Assembly: GCA_029864565.1 (NCBI GenBank)
Contig: JAOTTD010000001.1
Location: 208-64,207 of the forward strand
DNA: 64,000 nucleotides
DNA from: Thermoplasmata archaeon
GTDB lineage: Archaea > Thermoplasmatota > Thermoplasmata > UBA10834
Direction of reading: 5' to 3'
The position numbers and the translations under genes are program-made. This document shows positions 8,506 through 18,447 of this stretch, in pieces (position 1 is the first letter of the stretch; each line of letters opens with the position of its first letter). The notes under the pieces were generated by a model that had not been told where the DNA came from, did not search any database, and saw only the letters and a program-made list of their open reading frames with translations.

Positions 8506-9321
8506 CTAATGAACGCCGTCGACATCCTGGCCTTTGGGCAACTCCACCACAGCTCGGGTTCCCTTGCTCATGTCTCCTGGCACCCTATCCTCAATTCGAA
8601 GGCATCCGCCAAGATGTTCAAGGATCGCAGAGAAGAACATCAGGCTCGAAGGCGACCTCCTAGTGAGTCGCTTCGACGTCTCGAACGGCTGCATGAGCTC
8701 GGCTTTCAGATCGTCAGGGACTCCGGGTCCGTCATCAATGACCTCACACCTCCACACAGGCCGACCTTCATCGTCTCTCACGGCGGAGAAGGTCATCTCA
8801 ACTTCGACATCGGAGCGGAGGGCGTTTCTTATGGCATTATCCACAAGCCCCGTCATGATCCTCCTGATGTATTCAGCGCCAAGGATCTTGACCACACCCT
8901 CGGGAGATGCCGTCACACGTATCGAAAGCCTCCTGAAAGGATACTCACTTGATGCGGTCTCCTGTATGAGCTGCGCGAGGTTGTGGATATCATACAATTC
9001 AGGCTCCGTCGGAGGGTTGGAGGCGATCTCGTGAAGCATTCTGAAGCTGAGGATGAAGTTGGCTGTTCGGCGAATTTGTCTAACCATCTTGGCGGCGGAA
9101 ATCCTTGCCTCTCTTGGCAGCTCCTTGTTGAGACTGATGAATTCGGCATGGACCATGATTGGTGATATCAGATTTGTCACATCGTGAGCCAGGATGTCGA
9201 AATACGCGTCCGCTCTGCTGCGCTTCTCGTCTCCATTCAACTCACAAGGCGTGAATTTCTCCAACATCTCACCCGTATCGAACGCGATGGAACGGCATGG
9301 CGTTCGTGCTCCCCCTGGCAA
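8506..9321 (-). CDS. histidine kinase (HisKA + HATPase_c core, no obvious sensor domain)
   Basis: H-box FDILAHDVTNLISPI. N-box LVDNAIRNA. G-boxes IDDGPGVP and the LGG-containing ILEHLGGCLRIED. Confidence 0.85.
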   Translation of the reverse strand: MPGGARTPCRSIAFDTGEMLEKFTPCELNGDEKRSRADAYFDILAHDVTNLISPIMVHAEFISLNKELPREARISAAKMVRQIRRTANFILSFRMLHEIASNPPTEPELYDIHNLAQLIQETASSEYPFRRLSIRVTASPEGVVKILGAEYIRRIMTGLVDNAIRNALRSDVEVEMTFSAVRDDEGRPVWRCEVIDDGPGVPDDLKAELMQPFETSKRLTRRSPSSLMFFSAILEHLGGCLRIEDRVPGDMSKGTRAVVELPKGQDVDGVH

Positions 9322-9490
9322 CCCTTACACGAAGCCATCCGGTAGCTGCTATTTATCGATTTCCCAGCGTGACATCGGCCAAGGGCAAAAGACAAGAGGT
9401 TTGCACATTCGCTCCACCATCAAGATTGACAGCGCATATCGATGATTCTGGAGGGCACTTCTTCAGAGGGCTTCGACATTCGCCAGTCCC

Positions 9491-10264
9491 ATGATGTCAT
9501 TCTTCCATCGTGATCCACCCCCGCCTTCCTTGACTGAGGAACACGTCGAGCACTTCATAGACCAGAGGCGGAAAGAGGATGCAATAGCACCATTCATTAA
9601 CCCCTTTGGTTTATTCGGTTTCGTGTTCCGGAAGGAGTTCACCGCCAAGGATGGAACAACCGTCATCTTCAGAGAGCCGACCATCGCCGATGCCGAAGCG
9701 TTGATGAGGTTCATCAACTCGGTCATACGGGAGGACAGGTCAGGCATCGTGATGGACAGGCCCGTCACCCTCAAGGAGGAGAGCGAATGGTTGAAGGCGA
9801 GGCTCGGTGAGATAAGGAGGAGAACTACAGTCTTGCTCGTAGCTGAAGTAGACGGCAAGATCGTTGGCAACTGCGACATCAGCAGACGCATGTGGAAGGA
9901 AAGTCACAGAGCGGTCATCGGCGTCGTCCTCGCAAAGGCAGTGAGGATGATAGGCATCGGGAAGGCGATTATGACCGCGTGCATCGAGCTCGCAAAGGAA
10001 CGAATTTCAGGGCTCGAAACCATCGAACTGAGTGTCCTTGATTACAACAAATCAGCTCGGACGCTCTACGAGCAGCTTGGCTTCGCCGAGATCTGCAGGG
10101 TGCCCAACGCAATGAAGGAAGGCAGCGAATACATCGACGAATCGATCATGGCCCTGAACGTCAAGGGGAAGGGAAGGGGCAAATGCAAGCAGCAATCGCA
10201 GCCAATAGCCATACTTACAGTAGAAGCTGGAACCGCTTGTGAGAAAGTAATATCTCGGACGTGA
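9491..10264 (+). CDS. GNAT family N-acetyltransferase
   Basis: VAEVDGKIVGNCDI...GVVLAKAVRMIGIGKAIMTACIELAKE...IELSVLDYNKSARTLYEQLGFAE is the acetyl-CoA-binding beta-alpha motif region. Confidence 0.8.
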   Translation: MMSFFHRDPPPPSLTEEHVEHFIDQRRKEDAIAPFINPFGLFGFVFRKEFTAKDGTTVIFREPTIADAEALMRFINSVIREDRSGIVMDRPVTLKEESEWLKARLGEIRRRTTVLLVAEVDGKIVGNCDISRRMWKESHRAVIGVVLAKAVRMIGIGKAIMTACIELAKERISGLETIELSVLDYNKSARTLYEQLGFAEICRVPNAMKEGSEYIDESIMALNVKGKGRGKCKQQSQPIAILTVEAGTACEKVISRT

Positions 10265-10394
10265 CACTTCACCCAGTCCGTGAAAGGTCCGAACCCAGAG
10301 GGTTTGGACGTGCTACACACTCAGAATTGCCCATTGCCCGATCCACTTGGCGACCTCTTGCGACCGCCAGGCGTGAATCTCGGGCGAAGGGGGT

Positions 10395-12194
10395 TTGGTG
10401 GACGTGTTCGGAGAGTTCCAGAAGACTCTGCGGGGATACATCCGCAGCGAGTTCATGAGGGAGTACGGCAAGCTCAACGTGCTCGCCGCCATCATCGGAG
10501 TCTTCGGCGCGTTCATCGCCATAGCCTTCAGGTGGATGATAGACGCGTTCCAGCATCTGTTCTTCATTGGCGGGACGCCGATGGACAACTCCATGGGCGT
10601 CTGGATCGTCGCCGTGCCGGCAATAGGCGCCGTCTTCGTGGGAGTGATTGTCTATTGGCTAGCCCCCGAGGTCAAAGGCGCGGGCGTTGCTGACGTCATG
10701 AGAGGCATAGTCGCCAACCGCGCGCGATTCAGGGCGAGGGTACCTGGATTGAAGGCATTGGCGTCCTCCATAACACTCGCCTCAGGAGGCTCCGGAGGGC
10801 GAGAAGGCCCCATCGTGCAGATAGGCGCTTCGTTCGCGTCGGCCGTAGGCCAGGCGCTGAAGCTGACCAGCACAGAACTGAGGATAATGGTCGCCTGCGG
10901 TGCCTCGGGAGCCATCGCGGCAACGTTTAACACCCCGATTGCCGGAGCAGTCTTCGCAATTGAGCTCCTTCTGCTCGAGTTCCGCACGAGGTCGTTCATA
11001 CCTCTCATCATTTCGACGGTGTTCGCCACGCTCATCTCCAGAACATTCCTGGGCGACTACCCGACCTTCGACATCGTCTTCGAGTACAGACTGGAGAACC
11101 CGTACGAGCTCGGCCTGTATCTCGGATTGGGCGTCCTGGCCGGGCTAGCTGGTGTGCTATTCATCAAGGTCTTCTACAAGATAGAGGATGCGTTCGACTC
11201 GATATCGATTCCCATGTATGTCAAGCCGATTATCGGCGGGCTCTTCGTCGGTGCGATCGGCCTATTCTACCCACACGCTATGGGCGTCGGATACGACAGC
11301 GTCGCCGATGTGCTCAACAGCAGCCTGGAGACTCCAGCCGCGCCCTTGATGGCCATTGCCTTCTTCGCCGTTCTGCTCATACTTAAGATGCTGGCCACTT
11401 CGCTCACCATGGGATCCGGCGGCTCGGGAGGGCTGTTCGGTCCGTCGCTCTTTCTGGGGGCGATGCTTGGAGCGGGCTTCGGCATCTTCGTGACCACGGT
11501 TTCACCTTTCGACACCGCGAGTTACGGAGCGTATGCGATGGTTGGCATGGCGGCGGTCTTCGCCGCCACCAGCAGGGCGACGCTCACGGCGATACTCATG
11601 CTGTTCGAGATGACCTCGGCCTATGAGATCATCCTCCCGCTCATGTTCGCATGCGTGATCGCCGATGCGGTCAGCAGCCTGCTCTCAAAGGAGACTATAT
11701 ACACTGCGAAGCTGGCCAAACAGGGCATCAGATTCGTGCACGACCTGTCGGTAAACATACTCGAATCTGCACGTGTGAAGGACGCTATGGTCGCCGACTA
11801 CACCACGGTCAAGGACGACACTCCACTCCGAAAGGTCGTTGACATGCACCTCTACACGGGCAAGAAGGGATTCCCTGTGGTCTCCGCTGACGGCCGCCTC
11901 ACTGGAATCATCACGCTCACGGACATCAGGAAGGCTTTCGAGAGCGACAAGCGCGACGCTCTGGTAAGGGACATCATGACCAAGCGCGTGGTGACCGTGT
12001 ATCCCGACGAGACGCTCCAGACGGCGATGGAGAAGATGGTGTTGCGCAAGCTCGGGCACCTTCCCGTGGTCGACCCTAACAAGCCCAATAGGTTGGTGGG
12101 CATGCTCGACAGAGAGTCCATACTAGACAGATACCGTAATGTCCTCGCGGAGGAGGTCTCGGAGAAGTCGCTACAGGGGAGGCTCATGGAGTGA
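10395..12194 (+). CDS. ClC-type chloride channel / H+-Cl- antiporter with C-terminal CBS pair
   Basis: Selectivity-filter motifs GSGGREGP, GASGAIAATFNTPIAG and GGLFGPS. About 10-12 hydrophobic helices. Two CBS-like repeats at the C-terminus (VKDAMVADYTTV..., VRDIMTKRVVTV...). Confidence 0.9.
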   Translation: MVDVFGEFQKTLRGYIRSEFMREYGKLNVLAAIIGVFGAFIAIAFRWMIDAFQHLFFIGGTPMDNSMGVWIVAVPAIGAVFVGVIVYWLAPEVKGAGVADVMRGIVANRARFRARVPGLKALASSITLASGGSGGREGPIVQIGASFASAVGQALKLTSTELRIMVACGASGAIAATFNTPIAGAVFAIELLLLEFRTRSFIPLIISTVFATLISRTFLGDYPTFDIVFEYRLENPYELGLYLGLGVLAGLAGVLFIKVFYKIEDAFDSISIPMYVKPIIGGLFVGAIGLFYPHAMGVGYDSVADVLNSSLETPAAPLMAIAFFAVLLILKMLATSLTMGSGGSGGLFGPSLFLGAMLGAGFGIFVTTVSPFDTASYGAYAMVGMAAVFAATSRATLTAILMLFEMTSAYEIILPLMFACVIADAVSSLLSKETIYTAKLAKQGIRFVHDLSVNILESARVKDAMVADYTTVKDDTPLRKVVDMHLYTGKKGFPVVSADGRLTGIITLTDIRKAFESDKRDALVRDIMTKRVVTVYPDETLQTAMEKMVLRKLGHLPVVDPNKPNRLVGMLDRESILDRYRNVLAEEVSEKSLQGRLME

Positions 12195-12212
12195 TACCGC
12201 GACCTGTGATCG

Positions 12213-13622
12213 TCAGCGGGCGCTGTGAACGTGCTTGTGCTCGGGCTCGAAATTGGCCGGCCTAAGACGACCTATCGCGGAAGCTAACGCCTCCGTCAGG
12301 GTCGGATGTATTATCTGCGCGTGCGCGAGCGGGTAGTACGTTTGGTCCCCAGAGCTCATCATGTTGACCATCTGCTGCACGAGCGTCGCCGCCTGCGGGC
12401 CGACCACAGTAGCGCCGAGTATGCGCCTCGTTGGATGCTCAACGACGACTTTGACGAATGCATCGGGGTCGCCGTACGCATACCCCATCGCGGTGTCCAT
12501 GTACTTCGCGATGCCGACAAGGACCTTCGTCTGCGACTTCGCCTCCTCCTCAGTCATGCCGACCTGGCCCACCTGGGGATAGGTGAATACCGCATGTGGC
12601 ACCGCGTGCAGGTCCATGGAACGCTTGTCCTTCTCCCAAAGATTATGCTCGACTATCCCCGCCTGGTAGTTGGCAGTGTGCCTGAACATGTTGCGTCCCA
12701 GGGCGTCGCCGAGGGCGAATATTCCAGGCTTTGAGGTCTCAAGGAATTGGTTTGTCAGTATCCATCCCTTGCCGTCGGTCTTGACTCCGGTGTTTTCCGG
12801 CTTGAGCAAATCGGAGTTCGGCCTAACGCCAGTAGCGACGAGCAAGAGTCTGGTCTCGACGGCTCGCTCTTCCTTGCTCTTCGCATCGGATATCAGCAGC
12901 TTGATTCCATTGGAGCCGCGTTCCACGCGAAGGACATCAGTGCCTGTATAGACCTCCGCATGGCCCGAGAGCCTCTTCTTGACGAGGGCGCTCGTCTCTG
13001 GCTCCTCCCTAGGCAACAACAGGGGATTGCGCCCGATAAGAACAACCTTGGAGCCGATGGCGGAGAAGAAGTGGGTGAACTCGCACCCGATGTACCCTCC
13101 GCCCAGTATGGCTATGCTCTCGGGCTGTTCCTCTACGTCGAATATCGTCCTGTACGTATGATAATCCACATCGTCGAGGCCGGGTATCCTGGGAGTCTGT
13201 GCCCTCGCACCCGATGCAATCACTATGCGGGGAGCCGTGATCTCGTCCTTGCCGACGCGCAGGGTATGGTCGGACACGAAGGAGCCGATCGTTTTGTACA
13301 GATCGAGGCCTTTCGTCCCTTTTACTCCGCTCTCCATCTCATGCCTTCCGTCGAGGACGATGTCCCACATGCGCTTCTTTAGCCGCGGGAAATCCACCTT
13401 GGCAAGCGATAATTCCACACCTGACTCTGAGGCGGCTCCGGCCTCGCGTATTGCGTCTGCGGCGTGCATCAATACCTTCGATGGGATGCAGCCCCTGTTA
13501 AGGCACGTACCTCCCAGAGGACCCTCTTCGACGACTGCGGCTTTCATGCTCCTCGCGAGAGCTGAGCTCACGACGTTCATGCCCGCCCCGGAGCCGATGA
13601 CGATTAACCCGTACTCCTTCAT
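12213..13622 (-). CDS. class-I pyridine nucleotide-disulfide oxidoreductase (dihydrolipoamide dehydrogenase / glutathione-reductase-like)
   Basis: GLIVIGSGAGM FAD motif. Redox-active GGTCLNRGCIPSK. Second Rossmann motif ILGGGYIGCE. C-terminal HPTLTE interface motif. The ORF track extends to 13661. I prefer the internal MKEYGLIVIG start. Confidence 0.88.
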   Translation of the reverse strand: MKEYGLIVIGSGAGMNVVSSALARSMKAAVVEEGPLGGTCLNRGCIPSKVLMHAADAIREAGAASESGVELSLAKVDFPRLKKRMWDIVLDGRHEMESGVKGTKGLDLYKTIGSFVSDHTLRVGKDEITAPRIVIASGARAQTPRIPGLDDVDYHTYRTIFDVEEQPESIAILGGGYIGCEFTHFFSAIGSKVVLIGRNPLLLPREEPETSALVKKRLSGHAEVYTGTDVLRVERGSNGIKLLISDAKSKEERAVETRLLLVATGVRPNSDLLKPENTGVKTDGKGWILTNQFLETSKPGIFALGDALGRNMFRHTANYQAGIVEHNLWEKDKRSMDLHAVPHAVFTYPQVGQVGMTEEEAKSQTKVLVGIAKYMDTAMGYAYGDPDAFVKVVVEHPTRRILGATVVGPQAATLVQQMVNMMSSGDQTYYPLAHAQIIHPTLTEALASAIGRLRPANFEPEHKHVHSAR

Positions 13623-13716
13623 AACCGCCCCCACGATACGTGGATTAACATATACTGCCAATTAACCTTCCGCTGAGCTGATAAGAATAGGCACCGCGAG
13701 GGCGCTCTTGATGGAG

Positions 13717-13848
13717 CTACACCCTCTTCTTATGAACAGGGCAGTTCATACCCAATCTGCAGTATCTGCACTTCTCTTCCGGGACAGGAGGTACTGCCTT
13801 GACCATCCTGCCGTACTTGCGCCTTGGCATTCCGTCATGCCTCTGCAT
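13717..13848 (-). CDS. possible 43-aa Cys-containing mini-protein
   Basis: MQRHDGMPRRKYGRMVKAVPPVPEEKCRYCRLGMNCPVHKKRV has a CxxC...CPxH pattern. It lies between the oxidoreductase start and the kinase stop. There is no other support. Confidence 0.25.
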   Translation of the reverse strand: MQRHDGMPRRKYGRMVKAVPPVPEEKCRYCRLGMNCPVHKKRV

Positions 13849-13894
13849 GACGAACGATAGCGCGGTACATAAACTTCTGGCGAAACTTATCGAG

Positions 13895-16084
13895 TTACTC
13901 CACCCGGGGTATCTTGAGGTTGAACACGCAACCCTTCGATGAGTCTCCGCGGTCGACATCGGATATCCACATCTTCCCGGAATATCTCTCGACGATGCCC
14001 CTTGCAGAGGCCAAACCTATCCCAAAGCCTCCAGTCAGCTCCGATTTCGAGGTCTTCGTGACCTGCATCACCCTGTGTTTCAGGTCATCGGGCATGCTCC
14101 TCTGAGGATGCACCACCCTGATGACCCATGAGGGCTCGTTCTCCTCATCGGGCGATGCCGACACCACTAGGTTGACAGGTTCGTGCCTGCCCGTCCTTAT
14201 GGCGGTGAGAAACAAGTTCACGAAGAGTTCGGGCAACAGATCGTCCGCCATGATCATCATCGGGCCATTCGGAAGGTCCAACGAGAGGGTCATCTTCTCT
14301 CCCGCGCTGTACTTTCGGATTGCGATGACAGCCGCTTCCATCGATGGCTTTACATCCACGCGCCTCAGCTTATCACGCCGTATCCCACGCAGCTTCGCCA
14401 ACGTTCGCACCATTGCGATTATCATGGAGATGTTCTCGACCTGTATCCTCGCCTTCTCGAGCGTGATGGGGTCATGAGACGTTCTCTCCTTGAGCGATTC
14501 GAGGTAGCCAAGAAGAGGAGTGCTGTAGTTGGCGATGTCATGCGTCAGGAGGTCTATGTGCAGCTCGACCTCGTCCCTGACCCTGATGACTTCGTTGAGC
14601 AGGCCAGCGTTCTCCAACGCCACAGCCACGTGGTTCGCGAACATGACCGCGATTTCAAGCTCCTCCCTCGAGAAGCTCGAAGGCAGGTGCCTCATGAGTT
14701 CAATGACGCCCAGAACCTCCTTCCTGCCCAGGATGGGCACCGCGAGCATGGCCGTGTGAGTGGCCGGAGTGTCCGGTATCTGCTCGCCCCTGGGGTCTGT
14801 CTCCATATCGGCGATTATCTCCGCCCGCCTGGTCCTGGCAACAGCGCCAACCACGCCAAGGCTGGCAGGGAAATCCCTATCAGCCATCGTCTCTGCAGCA
14901 TACGGGCCGGTGGAATAGACAGGGTTGCAGAGGTTCCTGGCCCAATCGAACACATAGAACACAACCTCGTCGCTGGGGATGAGGTCCACAAGCTTGTCCG
15001 CGAGTATCCTGTATATTTCGTGAGAATCGATCTCCTTCTGCATGTCCGCCGCGGCGTCTATCAGTGCCTTCTGCGCCCGGGAGCGGAAGCCAAGTTTCCT
15101 CATCGTATCGACGCTGTCGAGGGCGCTCACAACGAGCCTCGACAGCTCGTCTGCGATTCCAACCTCCTCCGGAGCGTAGTACGAGTGCCGGGCGTTATCC
15201 CCCACGAACATAAGGGCCGTGGCATCGCCGTTCTTGACCAGGGGTATCGCCATCGCATGTTCGAAGGTCATATTCTTGACCAGTTTGACCCCTTGGCCCC
15301 TGCCCATCCGCAGGTCCATGCTGGACAGCGGCTTGCGTTCAGATATAGCGGCTGCAATCAGCGGCACTGATCCATAGTTGACCCTGGCGTATCTGGATAG
15401 GCTCAGGCCCTTGGAGAAGCATGCGATGCAAAACGCCTCCCGGGTCTCGTCATTAAGCCGGAAGAGTGCCACCATATCTGCGTCGAAGTATTCCATAGCG
15501 CTCCTGCAGAACGCCGCGTACGTCTGGTCAGGATCAGGAATCGAGCCCTCGGAATCCCAAGCACATCTTGTCAGAACACGCTGGGCCTCCAAATACTGCT
15601 CCACAATGACAACTGTCTCCTCGACGCATATGTCAACCATCTCTTCGATGAGCGACTCCGCGTACATGGCCTCGTCGGCCGTGAGTGCCTCCCTGAGAGA
15701 CCCGCGCAGTATGCGGCGGAGGATGTGATGGTCGGATACCATCTTGACGAGGCCGATGCTTCGGAGATGTTCGCCCCTGATGGTGACACGGAGCATCTCG
15801 CGAGCAGCGGCATCGCCAGGGTTCTCGGCGAGTTTGAGCAGCGCCTCCAAGCAAGAACTCAGTCTGGCAGCTCGCGCCTCCTTGGGGAATGTGAAATCGG
15901 CTATTCGGGTGTAAGGGGCTGATGTGACCTCCGCGGTCCAGAGCTCCACGATGCTGTCTGCTCTGGATCTAAGTAGCCCGATGAGGCGGGCTCTCATGTC
16001 GCCATGTTCGATCTGGTCTTCATCCGACATATCTGTTCTCTGCCTCCAGAGGCTGCCCGGGTGGTCATGATACACCGTACTCAA
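13895..16084 (-). CDS. multi-domain sensor histidine kinase (helical N-domain, two GAF-like domains, HisKA, HATPase_c)
   Basis: 729 aa. H-box IDLLTHDIANYSTPL. C-terminal GGFGIGLASARGIVERYSGKMWI. The central regions have GAF-like patterns. Confidence 0.9.
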   Translation of the reverse strand: MSTVYHDHPGSLWRQRTDMSDEDQIEHGDMRARLIGLLRSRADSIVELWTAEVTSAPYTRIADFTFPKEARAARLSSCLEALLKLAENPGDAAAREMLRVTIRGEHLRSIGLVKMVSDHHILRRILRGSLREALTADEAMYAESLIEEMVDICVEETVVIVEQYLEAQRVLTRCAWDSEGSIPDPDQTYAAFCRSAMEYFDADMVALFRLNDETREAFCIACFSKGLSLSRYARVNYGSVPLIAAAISERKPLSSMDLRMGRGQGVKLVKNMTFEHAMAIPLVKNGDATALMFVGDNARHSYYAPEEVGIADELSRLVVSALDSVDTMRKLGFRSRAQKALIDAAADMQKEIDSHEIYRILADKLVDLIPSDEVVFYVFDWARNLCNPVYSTGPYAAETMADRDFPASLGVVGAVARTRRAEIIADMETDPRGEQIPDTPATHTAMLAVPILGRKEVLGVIELMRHLPSSFSREELEIAVMFANHVAVALENAGLLNEVIRVRDEVELHIDLLTHDIANYSTPLLGYLESLKERTSHDPITLEKARIQVENISMIIAMVRTLAKLRGIRRDKLRRVDVKPSMEAAVIAIRKYSAGEKMTLSLDLPNGPMMIMADDLLPELFVNLFLTAIRTGRHEPVNLVVSASPDEENEPSWVIRVVHPQRSMPDDLKHRVMQVTKTSKSELTGGFGIGLASARGIVERYSGKMWISDVDRGDSSKGCVFNLKIPRVE

Positions 16085-16251
16085 ATAAATCGGTTTCCCA
16101 ATATTCGACGCATGTGCTGCAATTGGGCCTCTACGAAGGACGGATGGTGCTGGAGAACAGAGTTGACATCGTTACGAAGAAATCGCCCTTTAGCTCGCAT
16201 ACGCTTATATTCCTGCACCCGTTAGCAAGACATACGGAGTGTTGTATTGCG

Positions 16252-17271
16252 ATGACCGCACAGCACGCTTCTGTCAAGACCCTTCTGCTCACCGGAAGGC
16301 AGGTGAAGAGACTACTGAAGATGAAGGACGTCATTGGAGCCGTCGAGGACGCGTTCAGACACAAGGGGCTGTCGAAGGTCCAGATGCCACCCAAGGTGTA
16401 TCTGTTCTACGACAAGTTCGATGGCGACCTACGCACAATGCCTTCTTATGTCGAGGACATGGACGTCTCGGCCGTCAAGATTGTCAACGTCCACCCGCGT
16501 AACGCCAAGGAGCACGGCTTGAGGACCGTCATGGGGTTGCTCGTGCTCGTGAGCCCTCACAATGGTGCCCCGATGGCCATCATGGACGCTACCCACATAA
16601 CAGACATGCGGACCGGAGCGGCGTCGGCGGTGGCCTCGAAGTATCTTGCCAACAAGAACCCGAAGAGCCTCAGCATCATAGGCGCCGGAAACCAGGCGAG
16701 GACGCAGATGATGGCGCTCATAACGCAGTACGGACACTTCGACGAGGTGCGTCTGTTCGACATCGACGCTGAGAAGACCAAGGCCGCAGCCCGCCAATTC
16801 AGGAGGCTCTACGGAGACCAGATCGGCAAGGTCCGGGCGACCACCTCGCCAGAGGACGCCGTCGAGGGCTGCGACATAATCGTCACGGCGACATCGTCGC
16901 GCGCGCCCATAGTTATGAACGACTGGGTCAAGGACGGCGCCCACATCAACTGCATAGGCGCCGACGCCCCTGGCAAGCAGGAACTCGACCCCGCGATTCT
17001 CAAGCGGGCACAGGTCATAATCGACGACTGGGAGCAGGCGAGCCATTCCGGTGAGATCAACGTCCCGCTGTCGAAGGGTGAGGTCACCCGGAACGAGATC
17101 GACGGCGAGATCGGGGAGATAGTCGCCGGCATGAGTGTCGGAAGGCGGAGCGAGTCGGAGGTGACCGTGTTCTGCTCGACCGGACTCGCGGTCCAGGACT
17201 GCCTCACGGCGAAGATAGTCTATGACACCGCCTTGGCCCAGGGAGTCGGACGCCTAGTCCAGATAGTCTGA
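16252..17271 (+). CDS. ornithine cyclodeaminase / mu-crystallin family protein (archaeal alanine dehydrogenase-like)
   Basis: LSIIGAGNQARTQM Rossmann motif, VTATSSRAPIV and HINCIGADAPGKQELD, all typical of the OCD/Mu-crystallin family. Start taken at the internal ATG 16252. Confidence 0.85.
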   Translation: MTAQHASVKTLLLTGRQVKRLLKMKDVIGAVEDAFRHKGLSKVQMPPKVYLFYDKFDGDLRTMPSYVEDMDVSAVKIVNVHPRNAKEHGLRTVMGLLVLVSPHNGAPMAIMDATHITDMRTGAASAVASKYLANKNPKSLSIIGAGNQARTQMMALITQYGHFDEVRLFDIDAEKTKAAARQFRRLYGDQIGKVRATTSPEDAVEGCDIIVTATSSRAPIVMNDWVKDGAHINCIGADAPGKQELDPAILKRAQVIIDDWEQASHSGEINVPLSKGEVTRNEIDGEIGEIVAGMSVGRRSESEVTVFCSTGLAVQDCLTAKIVYDTALAQGVGRLVQIV

Positions 17272-17348
17272 GGGCGAGGCGCGTCAGCGACCACTGGTCG
17301 CTCGTGGACGAACCATATCCTTTTTACCCCTCAGTCGATTAACCGCCG

Positions 17349-18332
17349 ATGATCTGTCTCGGCATCGAAGGCACCGCCCACACAATAGGCGTCGGGCTGG
17401 TAGACCAGGACTGCACCGTCCTCGCCAACCTTACCAAGATGATAGATGGGTCGAAGGGAGGCATACACCCTCGCGAAGCGGCGAACCACCATGCGGAGAA
17501 CGTGGTTCCTATCATACATCGCGCCATGGAGGAGGCTGGTCAATCATACGACGACATCGGCCTGGTCGCGTTCTCCCAGGGGCCGGGCCTGGGACCATGT
17601 CTGAGAACGGCGGCGACCGCCGCGAGAGCTCTGTCGCTGTCAATAGGCGTGGACTTGATTGGTGTCAATCATTGCGTCGCCCATCTCGAGATAGGCCGGA
17701 AAGTCACGGGATGCGAGGACCCTACACTCCTGTACGCTTCAGGCGGGAATACACAGGTGATAGCGTATTCCGGTGGGAGATACCGTGTTTTCGGGGAGAC
17801 GCTAGACGTCGGCATCGGCAACATGATCGACAAGTTCGGGAGGTCCGTTGGCATGCCGTTCCCCGCAGGGCCTCACCTGGAAAGACGTGCAAAGGAAGGC
17901 AGCAAGCTCCTAGACTTGCCGTACAGCGTCAAGGGGATGGATGTCGCGTTCTCGGGCATATTGACTGCCGCGCTCCAACTTCGCCGGAACGGCGAACGCC
18001 TCGAGGACATATGTCACTCAATACAGGAGACCTGCTTCGCCATGCTCGTCGAGGTTACCGAACGTGCGATGGCGCATGTGGAAAAGGACCAGGTCTTGCT
18101 CGGCGGCGGAGTCGTCCAGAACAAGCGCCTCCAAGAGATGGTCAGAATCATGGCGGAGGAGCGCGGGGCGACGATGTATGTCCCCCCTGGGCCGCTGTGC
18201 GTTGACAATGGGGCCATGATAGCCTGGACTGGAATCGTCATGCATGCAGCTGGCGTGCGAACGCCCATAGGCGAGAGCGCCGTCAGGCAACGGTTCAGAA
18301 CGGACGAAGTCGATCTCCCTTGGATGAGCTGA
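17349..18332 (+). CDS. kae1: tRNA N6-adenosine threonylcarbamoyltransferase Kae1
   Basis: MICLGIEGTAHTIGVGLV..., GVNHCVAHLEIG (metal-binding His pair), YASGGNTQV and GGGVVQNKRLQEM. It is not fused to Bud32. Confidence 0.95.
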   Translation: MICLGIEGTAHTIGVGLVDQDCTVLANLTKMIDGSKGGIHPREAANHHAENVVPIIHRAMEEAGQSYDDIGLVAFSQGPGLGPCLRTAATAARALSLSIGVDLIGVNHCVAHLEIGRKVTGCEDPTLLYASGGNTQVIAYSGGRYRVFGETLDVGIGNMIDKFGRSVGMPFPAGPHLERRAKEGSKLLDLPYSVKGMDVAFSGILTAALQLRRNGERLEDICHSIQETCFAMLVEVTERAMAHVEKDQVLLGGGVVQNKRLQEMVRIMAEERGATMYVPPGPLCVDNGAMIAWTGIVMHAAGVRTPIGESAVRQRFRTDEVDLPWMS

Positions 18333-18447
18333 CATCGTTCAAGATATACGACGAAACCGAACAATTCATGGAAAATGATATTAACGCTCTACATCACTCT
18401 TCCGTCGAGGAGGGATTGGCGTAGAGGCTTCTGATGAGACTAAGTTC

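Noticed and set aside
13717-13959. 80-aa ORF overlapping the 3' end of the GAF histidine kinase.
   Set aside because: The upstream 37 codons overlap the kinase stop region and look non-coding. Only the terminal 43-aa Cys-containing part is retained, as a low-confidence feature.
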